Assembly (NCBI GenBank): GCA_964419675.1
Contig: CAYQPN010000004.1
Location: 11,001-75,000 of the forward strand
DNA: 64,000 nt
Reading direction: 5' to 3'
DNA from: an uncultured Candidatus Saccharibacteria bacterium
Lineage (GTDB): Bacteria; Patescibacteriota; Saccharimonadia; Saccharimonadales; SZUA-47
Shown here piece after piece: positions 36,703 to 43,933 of this stretch. How positions within the stretch are numbered: position 1 is the stretch's first letter; each line of letters opens with the position of its first letter. Below the pieces are notes generated by a model. It did not search any database and was not told the origin of the DNA. It worked only from the letters and a program-made list of their open reading frames with translations. The position numbers and the translations under genes were made by a program.

Positions 36703-37209
36703 ATGAGAAAAATGAATATAAGTAAAACAATATCAACAGTAGGTATAGGGGCAGGAATAATTGTAGGATCGATGCTTGCAGTTAACGCAGCAAGTGCACA
36801 CAACGCTGGCGGAACAGACGAAAAGCAAGCTGAGCGAGTTAGCGAGCTAGCTGAGCGATTCAACCTAGACGAAAATGAATTAAAAACGTACTTCGAGGAG
36901 CAAAAAGCAGAACACGAGGCAGAACACCAACAAAAGCAAGAAGAACGCTTGGCATCGTTAGTAGCCGAAGGAAAACTAACACAAGCACAAGCAGATGCGC
37001 TAAAGGCTAAAAGAGAAGAAATGAAAGCTTCTTTTGAAGCGGCGAAAGACCAAAACCTAACGCGAGAGGAACGTCGTACTCAAATGAAGCAAAATAGAGA
37101 CGACTTCAAAACATGGGCAGATTCTCAAGGAATTGACCTTGAAGTCATTCACCCAGAAGATGGACCTGGCGAAGGCAAAATGGGACCACGAGACGGAATG
37201 CTTAGATAA
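36703..37209 (+). CDS. Secreted helical, charge-rich protein, unknown function
   Basis: It has a signal peptide or anchor followed by E/K/Q-rich helices. It lies downstream of the two-component pair. Confidence 0.55.
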   Translation: MRKMNISKTISTVGIGAGIIVGSMLAVNAASAHNAGGTDEKQAERVSELAERFNLDENELKTYFEEQKAEHEAEHQQKQEERLASLVAEGKLTQAQADALKAKREEMKASFEAAKDQNLTREERRTQMKQNRDDFKTWADSQGIDLEVIHPEDGPGEGKMGPRDGMLR

Positions 37210-37232
37210 ACGCTAATAACCCAGATAAAGAC

Positions 37233-37262
37233 AAGGAGCCTGCTTTAAGTAGGCTCCTTTTA
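37233..37262 (+). terminator. Rho-independent terminator
   Basis: The stem AAGGAGCCT/AGGCTCCTT is followed by TTT. Confidence 0.7.
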
Positions 37263-37316
37263 GTTGTAAAGACAGCTGGCAGAGAGGATAATATAACAAT
37301 ACGGGAGATATAGCTG

Positions 37317-38228
37317 ATGAATAAAGAGAATAGAGAAAAGCGATCTAGAGTCTACAAAGAACTTAGCGCTGCTGGTATGACGTCTTATGGTTTTATAAAA
37401 ATGGAAACCCTCTATCTGCCCAAGATTATCCATGACAATGAACAAATCCATGGTGTTGTATATGGTAAAACAGTAAAAGATAAGATTGGTTCAGCAATGT
37501 TAGTAGCAACAAACCGCAGGATAATTTTTTTAGACTGTAAGCCTCTCTATACAACCTCTGATGAGGTTTCCTATGACGTAGTTTCCGGCGTAAAAATGAA
37601 CGTCGCCGGGCTTTTTGCTGGAGTAACCCTACATACCCGTGTACGAGATTACGGTCTAAGGTTTGTAAATATGAAGTGTGCCCGTAACTTCGTAGAATAT
37701 ATTGAACAGCACATAGAAATGGGTGGTAACGGAGAAGGGAGTAAAAAAACAACAAACGAAGTTTGGAAATCTACTATCCGAGAAGCAAAGCATGAAGAAA
37801 AAACTCAAATCATTGATAACTCCACTTCCCTTTTACGTAGCCAAGACACGGCTGTTCTGTCTACGGTAGACTCCCGCGGTAACCCACATGGTTCGATAAT
37901 TCATTACGTAGTTGGCAAAGACGACATAATATATTTTGTCACCCAGAAAGACACTAATAAATCCCAGAATATTGCATCACACGGTCAAGTCGCCCTGACA
38001 GTTCATAAACCAGGGAGCCTAAAAACTCTGCAAATTTCAGGAATCGCCACTGAAGAAGATGACAACGCCATAGCGAGTACAGTTTTTAATCAGGTAGTTT
38101 CAGTTAAAAAATATGCCGAAGGCAAAAAACTTCCACCTGTTGCAGGTATGAAAAAGGGTGAATATATAGTCATAAAAATTACGCCAACCAACATGCGATA
38201 CCAAGACTTCAACGCCACAAGTTGGTAG
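37317..38228 (+). CDS. Fusion protein: bacterial PH-like (YokE-type) domain plus pyridoxamine 5'-phosphate oxidase-like FMN-binding split barrel
   Basis: The N-terminal half has the GVVYG...LVATNRRIIFLD pattern. The C-terminal half has the AVLSTVDSRGNPHGS...YFVT pattern of the PNPOx-like/general stress 26 family. Confidence 0.6.
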   Translation: MNKENREKRSRVYKELSAAGMTSYGFIKMETLYLPKIIHDNEQIHGVVYGKTVKDKIGSAMLVATNRRIIFLDCKPLYTTSDEVSYDVVSGVKMNVAGLFAGVTLHTRVRDYGLRFVNMKCARNFVEYIEQHIEMGGNGEGSKKTTNEVWKSTIREAKHEEKTQIIDNSTSLLRSQDTAVLSTVDSRGNPHGSIIHYVVGKDDIIYFVTQKDTNKSQNIASHGQVALTVHKPGSLKTLQISGIATEEDDNAIASTVFNQVVSVKKYAEGKKLPPVAGMKKGEYIVIKITPTNMRYQDFNATSW

Positions 38229-38233
38229 TGTGG

Positions 38234-38671
38234 CTATTTATTCTTAGCTTTGATTGCAATTTTTTTAGGCTGAGGAAGTTCTTTAAACGGTACAACTACC
38301 TTCAAGACGCCGTCCTTCATGTCTGCTTCGATTTTGTCCTGGTTGGCGTGCTTTGGTAGCATGACGCTTCTGTAAAAACTTGAGCTCGATTCGCGAACTA
38401 CGTATTTTTTCTTCTTGTCCTCTTCCTTCTCGTGCTTCTCTGCCCTAATTACTAAATAGCCATTGTCAACATGCACATCTATGTCTTTTTCTTCAAAATT
38501 CGGCATGTGAGCCTCAACTACTAACTCTTTGTCGTTGTTGGTATAGACATCCGTAGTAGGCAAGCTAAGGGTGCTGGCTAGTGATCCGCCAATTAGGTCG
38601 TCTTTAAAAAGTTGTTTTTGTAGGGCTCTCATTTCTGCAAATGGATCCCATCGTGTTAACATTGAGTTCAT
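38234..38671 (-). CDS. Hsp20/alpha-crystallin small heat-shock protein
   Basis: It has an alpha-crystallin domain (DVYTNNDKELVVEAHMPNF...GVLKVVVP). Confidence 0.92.
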   Translation of the reverse strand: MNSMLTRWDPFAEMRALQKQLFKDDLIGGSLASTLSLPTTDVYTNNDKELVVEAHMPNFEEKDIDVHVDNGYLVIRAEKHEKEEDKKKKYVVRESSSSFYRSVMLPKHANQDKIEADMKDGVLKVVVPFKELPQPKKIAIKAKNK

Positions 38672-38732
38672 TTTGAAATCCTCCTATTATTTAGTTTTAC
38701 TGTGGTCATCCCACAATTTCATTGTAATATTC

Positions 38733-38757
38733 TGGCACTCACATGTCAAGAGTGCCA
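38733..38757. promoter_or_regulatory. CIRCE-like inverted repeat upstream of hsp20
   Basis: TGGCACTC-N9-GAGTGCCA lies about 60-85 nt upstream of the hsp20 ATG. It is a variant of the CIRCE half-sites (GCACTC/GAGTGC). Confidence 0.55.
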
Positions 38758-38779
38758 ATTTCATAAATACCTACCCCTG

Positions 38780-38808
38780 TTGACTACAGCGATACTGCCT
38801 GATATAAT
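38780..38808 (+). promoter_or_regulatory. Near-consensus sigma70 promoter for tRNA-fMet
   Basis: TTGACT (38780-38785), a 17-nt spacer and TATAAT (38803-38808) end 13 nt before the tRNA 5' end. Confidence 0.7.
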
Positions 38809-38821
38809 CATCAGGCTGTAT

Positions 38822-38896
38822 CGCGGGATGGAGCAGCGGCAGCTCGCTTGGCTCATAACCAAGAGGTCCCAGGTTCGAGTCCTGGTCCCGCTACCA
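38822..38896 (+). tRNA. Initiator tRNA-fMet (anticodon CAU), CCA encoded
   Basis: CGCGGGATGGAGCAGC...CTCATAA closely parallels E. coli tRNA-fMet. It has the C1-U72 mismatch characteristic of bacterial initiators. A hairpin terminator lies at 38905-38930. Confidence 0.9.
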
Positions 38897-38930
38897 AGAA
38901 TAAAGTCTCACATTTATGTGGGGCTTTTTT

Positions 38931-39083
38931 CTTGGTAATGTGCCAAGGCTAGAGCCTGGCCTAAGGTCACAGGTGAAAAGTGCCATTCGGCACTTTGCAA
39001 GAGAATCTTTCAGTATACAAACTTGTTTGTAACTTGAAAGTTCTGGGCCCGCGGCACGTGGGCGAGTCCTGGTCCCGCTACCA
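38931..39083 (+). repeat. Family A element, copy 3: 5'-truncated tRNA-fMet-like copy with an 88-nt module in its T-loop
   Basis: Segment 39063-39083 equals the tRNA 3' 21 nt (21/21). Segment 38964-38974 equals the tRNA variable loop plus 5' T-stem (10/11). The module is at 38975-39062. A pseudo-anticodon arm, AGGCT-AGAGCCT-GGCCT, is at 38946-38962, and its own terminator is at 39094-39121. Confidence 0.75.
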
Positions 39084-39206
39084 AAATAAATAACTCACCC
39101 TCGCGGTGGGTTTTTTATTTTAATATCGAGAGTCATGACTCGAACCTGACAGCCCGCTCTAGGCGGGCAGGTTCGCTAATTCCCCGTCCACCAATGGTGG
39201 ACAAAC

Positions 39207-39326
39207 TGGCGAATTACCATCTTTCCTGGCCACATTCTGCGGCCCCGAAACTTCATGACAGAAAACTAGTTTTCTTCAGAAGATTTCCTTGCAATGAGCC
39301 ACTGGCTCATTTCACCCGCTACCAAG
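39207..39326 (-). repeat. Family A module, copy 4 (inverted relative to copy 3), flanked by a third partial copy of the tRNA-fMet 3' end
   Basis: The module at 39228-39314 aligns over its full length with the other copies and has covarying stems. CCCGCTACCAAG (39315-39326) equals tRNA-fMet 38887-38898. Confidence 0.65.
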
Positions 39327-39384
39327 CATAAGAAATACAGCTTCCGAAAGGAAGTCATTTCTATTTGTTTGATATGATGAGGGT

Positions 39385-40041
39385 ATGAAATTGCTGCTTT
39401 GCTCAGAAGGTTTTCACACACCGAATACCATCCAAGCTTGTGTAGATCTGGTTGGTAAGCCAAAAGACAAGATTGCAATTGCCGTCATTAATGAAGCATT
39501 TGCTCCTGAAGAAAATGATAAGCGCTGGGTGTTGCATAATTTAAACTGTGTGGCAGATAATTTTCCTGGTCCATTCGACATTGTTGATTTACTTGCATTA
39601 CCGATTGACAAAGTCGAAACTCGCATAGAAAAGTGCGATGTGATTTTTGTGGTTGGAGGAAATACAGATTATCTAATGCATGTTTACAAGAAGACTGGTT
39701 TTGATAATTTACTGTTAAAGCTACTTGAAACAAAAGTATATGTTGGTAGTAGTGCGGGATCAGTAGTCATGGGGAAAAGACCTTCTAGTAAGAAATACTT
39801 GGAAGCCTTCGGTAAGGAAAAAGATTTCGGAATAACTAGCTACATGGAACTAGTAGATTTAGCTATTCGTCCACACATGGACTCAACGGAACAGCCAAAA
39901 AGACGAGAACATGTCCTCCGAGAATCATCACAGGGTCTAGATTTTCCTGTGTATGGTTTGCGAGATGACTCAGCAATCATCGTTAATGACGATAAACTAG
40001 ATCTTATAGGTAGCGAACCCTACATCATTAATCCTATCTAA
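39385..40041 (+). CDS. Peptidase S51 family (dipeptidase E-like), second paralogue
   Basis: It has GGNTDYLMHV and GSSAGSVVMG motifs and a GAGGG Shine-Dalgarno before the ATG. Confidence 0.75.
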   Translation: MKLLLCSEGFHTPNTIQACVDLVGKPKDKIAIAVINEAFAPEENDKRWVLHNLNCVADNFPGPFDIVDLLALPIDKVETRIEKCDVIFVVGGNTDYLMHVYKKTGFDNLLLKLLETKVYVGSSAGSVVMGKRPSSKKYLEAFGKEKDFGITSYMELVDLAIRPHMDSTEQPKRREHVLRESSQGLDFPVYGLRDDSAIIVNDDKLDLIGSEPYIINPI

Positions 40042-40218
40042 CTTCTTCCTCTACTCGTCTCCTCTAGGAAATTATTCCATGCACCCCCGCCAGTCGGGGA
40101 CTCAGACGAAGCCAAGTGGGCAGATAAGAACAGTTATAGTATAAAAAATACCTAAACCTGTTAACTTTTAATGCTTGACTACCAGGATTATAATATAAGT
40201 ATAAATAGGGAGGTTACC

Positions 40219-41325
40219 ATGAGTAATGAGAATACCAACCAAGATACTGCAGCGAGCACAGGGAGTAATAAGCCTGTAAAACAAAAATGGAGTCTAAAAA
40301 AGAAAGTTACAGTTGCTTTAGGCGTAGTTGTGGCGGTTATTGCCGGTCTAGTGCTTGTTGCCAACGCGGCAACGCGCGAACCGGTTAAAGTGAGTAACCA
40401 GCTTGTCTCTTATATACAAGCTAAAAACGCGACTGCCGCCTACGATCTACTCTCTAGGGATGCAAAAGATGTCACTGATGTACAAGATTTCTCTGCGACG
40501 GTTAATCAGATAGGGCCGATTTTGACGGGTAAGCCTAACATGCAAAGTAAAGAAGTTAGCGCCCAAACAGGCAGAGCATCTACGGCAAAAGTAGTTTACG
40601 AAATAAGTGGTAGCGATAGCTTAGTGTATGTTTTAACAGTCAATCTAGTAAAAGAAGATGACCTTTGGAAGGTGCAAAATTTTGAAAGTGTCAAAAAGTC
40701 CAATAGCGCGTCCGATTCTATTTCAGCATCACTAAATATAAACAAAGAAGTCCAGAGCAAATGTATGACCGAGGTAAGCGATGATACTTTTTGTAAGTTT
40801 GTTGGCGTCTTTGCTAATGTAGCTGAATATACCGTCGTCATGAACACTGTTAGTGGTGGCCAGACTAGCGTTGCAAATATCTCGTTTGACTCAAACGGCG
40901 ACGGATCTATGGTTATGGAACAAGACGGGACAACAATAGCAAATATCGTTTATTATAGTGGTGCAACTTATGTACAGAATCCGGAAAGTCTTGGTTGGAT
41001 AAAATATGACTCTACAAACACAGACGCTCCTTCTATACCGGACATAAGGAGCGAACTAGTTAAATCTGATTTTAAAAATGATAACGGTAAAAAAGATCAA
41101 TACTTTAATAAAGGTAGGGAGACCATAAACGGCGTGGAGTGCATAAAATACCAAGTCGTAGATGCCGATAAACCCAATGACCAGGGCTTCATGTGGTTTG
41201 ATTCTGACACCTATTTGTTGAGACAACTATCTAACAAAGACTCTTCTTCGGAGTTTACAATGACATTTAGCTACGGCAAAGTTACAATAGCCAAACCCTC
41301 ACCTGTAGAAGACGCAAGCCTGTAG
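40219..41325 (+). CDS. Membrane-anchored extracytoplasmic protein, unknown function (LolA-like/DUF4367-like C-terminal half possible)
   Basis: The ATG at 40219 is preceded by GGGAGG, so the ORF-track start at 40171 is discounted. It has one N-terminal TM. Confidence 0.55.
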   Translation: MSNENTNQDTAASTGSNKPVKQKWSLKKKVTVALGVVVAVIAGLVLVANAATREPVKVSNQLVSYIQAKNATAAYDLLSRDAKDVTDVQDFSATVNQIGPILTGKPNMQSKEVSAQTGRASTAKVVYEISGSDSLVYVLTVNLVKEDDLWKVQNFESVKKSNSASDSISASLNINKEVQSKCMTEVSDDTFCKFVGVFANVAEYTVVMNTVSGGQTSVANISFDSNGDGSMVMEQDGTTIANIVYYSGATYVQNPESLGWIKYDSTNTDAPSIPDIRSELVKSDFKNDNGKKDQYFNKGRETINGVECIKYQVVDADKPNDQGFMWFDSDTYLLRQLSNKDSSSEFTMTFSYGKVTIAKPSPVEDASL

Positions 41326-41428
41326 AATAATTGTTTATCTTCCCTATCCCCACGTCTTAGGTTCAAGCAGTACTATATATTCTTTGTCATCTTACTTGCG
41401 ATGAATGAAACTGGATGGAAATAATACG

Positions 41429-42400
41429 CTAGTTATTGTGTACTGTGTCCTTGATGTGGTCTTCTACAAATTTTTGCCACAAAGTTACCATTCTTTCTTG
41501 AGATTCACCAATGTGAATTAAGCGTGCTTTTGCGTGTGCCACCATCAGAATTGCTCTGGCTCGTAGTCCTTCTGATGCTGTGCCCATGAACCCTTCATGC
41601 TCTAGTAAGTCACTAAGCCTATAAGGTACTACCTGTAAATATGAGCCAACCTGTAGTGTGCTCGGATTACGTTTTGGTTCACGTAATGTGTGTAACACTC
41701 GTGCCAAGTCGAGTGTAGGCCTACCTGGCCCGTCATATATCCACTCCCGTACCTCCGGAAAGCGATGCAGAATATTCTCTGCTATTTGCTCAACTTTATC
41801 AGCATCTTTTGGCCTTTCGCCAGATATTGATCTTGTTAGATAGTTTAAAATCGTAGCTCCAGGGTGCGAAGTCGGTATCGGAGTTCTACCAGGGCTAGAC
41901 AACATAAATGTAGTTAGTGTCTCCGAAGTAATAGGAGTTTTGAATGGGTATAAAGCTTTATACCCTTCAACGACCTGTAGTCTCCCATCGGCTTCAGCGA
42001 GTTCAACATAGCGATCACTCACATAAACCTTAGCCGTGCTCTTCACGGGTGATTGTTGCTGAGCTTGCAAATCAGCAGTTGTTTTAAGCCCAAAGATGCT
42101 TTTTTTCAATCTATCGCCCACTGTTTGCTCACAAAGTTCTTCCACGCTGCTAATCTGATCAACGTCAGTGCTTAAGACAAGTACATCAACATCTCTAAGC
42201 GTTCCGTCCTTTCTGCGCGTTGGCAGATCACAGCTTGCTGGTGCATACACTAAGCCAGACACCATGTCTATCATAGTTCGCTCATTAATCAATGCTGCCG
42301 AGCCATTCCCGCCAATAATATGAACTCTGGGAAGAGCGGGATCATCTAGTTGTTGAATAAAGGGTTCGATTATCTCGCCACATGTCATTAAATCTGCCAT
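41429..42400 (-). CDS. Hypothetical protein with possible minimal nucleotidyltransferase-fold motifs
   Basis: GGNGSAAL followed by RDVDVLVLS resembles the GS...DxD signature of Pol-beta-type nucleotidyltransferases. The rest of the protein is unassignable. Confidence 0.4.
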   Translation of the reverse strand: MADLMTCGEIIEPFIQQLDDPALPRVHIIGGNGSAALINERTMIDMVSGLVYAPASCDLPTRRKDGTLRDVDVLVLSTDVDQISSVEELCEQTVGDRLKKSIFGLKTTADLQAQQQSPVKSTAKVYVSDRYVELAEADGRLQVVEGYKALYPFKTPITSETLTTFMLSSPGRTPIPTSHPGATILNYLTRSISGERPKDADKVEQIAENILHRFPEVREWIYDGPGRPTLDLARVLHTLREPKRNPSTLQVGSYLQVVPYRLSDLLEHEGFMGTASEGLRARAILMVAHAKARLIHIGESQERMVTLWQKFVEDHIKDTVHNN

Positions 42401-42798
42401 AAGGAAAGCCTATATTGAGGTCTGTTTTTATGCAAGCATGAGCAAAACGAATTATATATTTACTAAAAAGTAATATTAATTAGTTTGGGCCGATAGCCTT
42501 TCACAAAGCTACTCTAGATGTTCATTCTTTTGCGGATAATGGTTATACGAGGAGCTGAACAGTAACGCCCAGAGGTGTAGTACAATTAACTGGTGAAAAT
42601 AACCAGCAAAAAACATTTGAAAAACTCTAAATCACCTCATCAAGTTGCTTCTTTGCGGGCTGGTTTTGGGGCTCATCAACGAACCCGATTTAACCCTAAT
42701 GATATTAAAACCTACAAACCTTCAAAAACTAGAACCAAGAAAAAGTAAGCTCAACTTTCTGATATTATTAAGCTGAACTTAACTGAGGGGATTTAAAA

Positions 42799-43203
42799 AT
42801 GAATAAGAGTATTTTAGTAGCAGTAGTTGTTGTATTGGTTCTTGGGGGAGGGTTTTTTATTATGAATAGTAGTTCTGACGACACTAAAAGCACAAGTAGC
42901 TCTACACCTACTACAAAGGAGGCGAGCAAGCCAGCATCCGCCACTATTACTTACGGCTCAGACGGCTTTAGCCCTAGTGAGCTTACGGTGAACGTTGGTG
43001 ATGTTATAGAAATAAAAAACGAAAGCTCAAGCACTCTACAGTTTGAATCTAACCCACACCCTGCACATACAGATGATAAAGACTTAAATGTTGGCTCAGT
43101 CAGTTCTGGTAAAACAAAAACGTTTACCGTTACAAAAACCGGCACATTCGGATATCACAATCACCTTAAAACCAGCGACACCGGAACCGTTACTGTAAGA
43201 TGA
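42799..43203 (+). CDS. Secreted cupredoxin-fold protein
   Basis: It has an N-terminal anchor, an S/T-rich linker and then the ELTVNVGDVIEIKN...H.AH...GTFGYHNH pattern of cupredoxin_1-type domains. Confidence 0.7.
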   Translation: MNKSILVAVVVVLVLGGGFFIMNSSSDDTKSTSSSTPTTKEASKPASATITYGSDGFSPSELTVNVGDVIEIKNESSSTLQFESNPHPAHTDDKDLNVGSVSSGKTKTFTVTKTGTFGYHNHLKTSDTGTVTVR

Positions 43204-43273
43204 GTACTGATAATACCTAATCTATACCTAAATTAGACCTGGTAATAATGAAGTTAGTATAATAATTTCTTGC

Positions 43274-43720
43274 TTAGTTTCCGAAATAGATGTTAAACCA
43301 GGCTTCTAGATTTTGTTGGTATTGGGGCTTCGATACCGTTTCATTTTCCTCACTTGGGGCTACTTCTGGTGTGCTTAGCGCGTTCAGCGCAACCTCTTTG
43401 GGTACAATATATACTTTCTCGCCTGGAGACGCTTTACCAAACACCCTTCTTGCTGTTAATTCGGCAAATTCATTGGTCTTTAAGTATTCGTTTTGCAATT
43501 CTTTATTACGGTTTTCAAGTTCCAATATTTTATTTTCTTCTTCAATCTTGGCAACTTTTTGAGCCAATTCATAATTCTGTTGAACAATTTTTGAACCGTT
43601 CCAAAACACGCTTAATGCTACAAAACCAACCAAGCCTAAAGCCAACAGTCTAGCGTCATATAGCCCTTTGTCTGTAAGCCTTTTTCTGAGACTGTAAAAT
43701 TTTTGTTGGAAAAAATCCAT
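43274..43720 (-). CDS. Septum formation initiator family protein (FtsB/DivIC-like)
   Basis: It has a single TM followed by a coiled coil (QNYELAQKVAKIEEENKILELENRNKELQNE). Confidence 0.7.
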   Translation of the reverse strand: MDFFQQKFYSLRKRLTDKGLYDARLLALGLVGFVALSVFWNGSKIVQQNYELAQKVAKIEEENKILELENRNKELQNEYLKTNEFAELTARRVFGKASPGEKVYIVPKEVALNALSTPEVAPSEENETVSKPQYQQNLEAWFNIYFGN

Positions 43721-43768
43721 ATCTCTATAATTTTACACTAAAAAACCGACATTAGGTCGGTTCTTAAA

Positions 43769-43896
43769 TGGTGGGGGTACCTGGACTTGTCATAATTTGC
43801 TCGCTCGAGAGCGCAAGCGCATCTCGCTCAGCCAAGCACAGAAAACTCATCCGCCTTGGGCGGATTCGACCCAAGGGTTCAAATCTTCTACAACCT
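43769..43896 (-). repeat. Divergent family A-like element downstream of tRNA-Ile2, ending in a duplicate of the tRNA 3' 21 nt
   Basis: Segment 43769-43789 equals 43934-43954 (21/21, C56 to CCA). The interior has a GAGA-GCG-CTTG-CGC-TCTC hairpin and a T-arm-like CCTTGGG-TCGAATCCG-CCCAAGG. Its own terminator is at 43739-43762. Confidence 0.6.
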
Positions 43897-43933
43897 CAAA
43901 TAAAAACAAACTCCAGTGGAGCTTGTTTTTATT

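Noticed and set aside
38702-38938. The 78-aa ORF 38702-38938(+), the 70-aa ORF 39266-39478(-), and ORFs 39414-39733(-).
   Set aside because: The first runs through the tRNA-fMet promoter and gene. The second runs through the family A module and into the S51 gene start. The others are antisense to the S51 peptidase gene.
42593-42748. The 51-aa basic ORF (GTG start) VKITSKKHLKNSKSPHQVASLRAGFGAHQRTRFNPNDIKTYKPSKTRTKKK in the 398-bp gap.
   Set aside because: It has no ATG and no Shine-Dalgarno at a suitable distance. Its basic composition could follow from the A-rich sequence. It cannot be supported without homologues.
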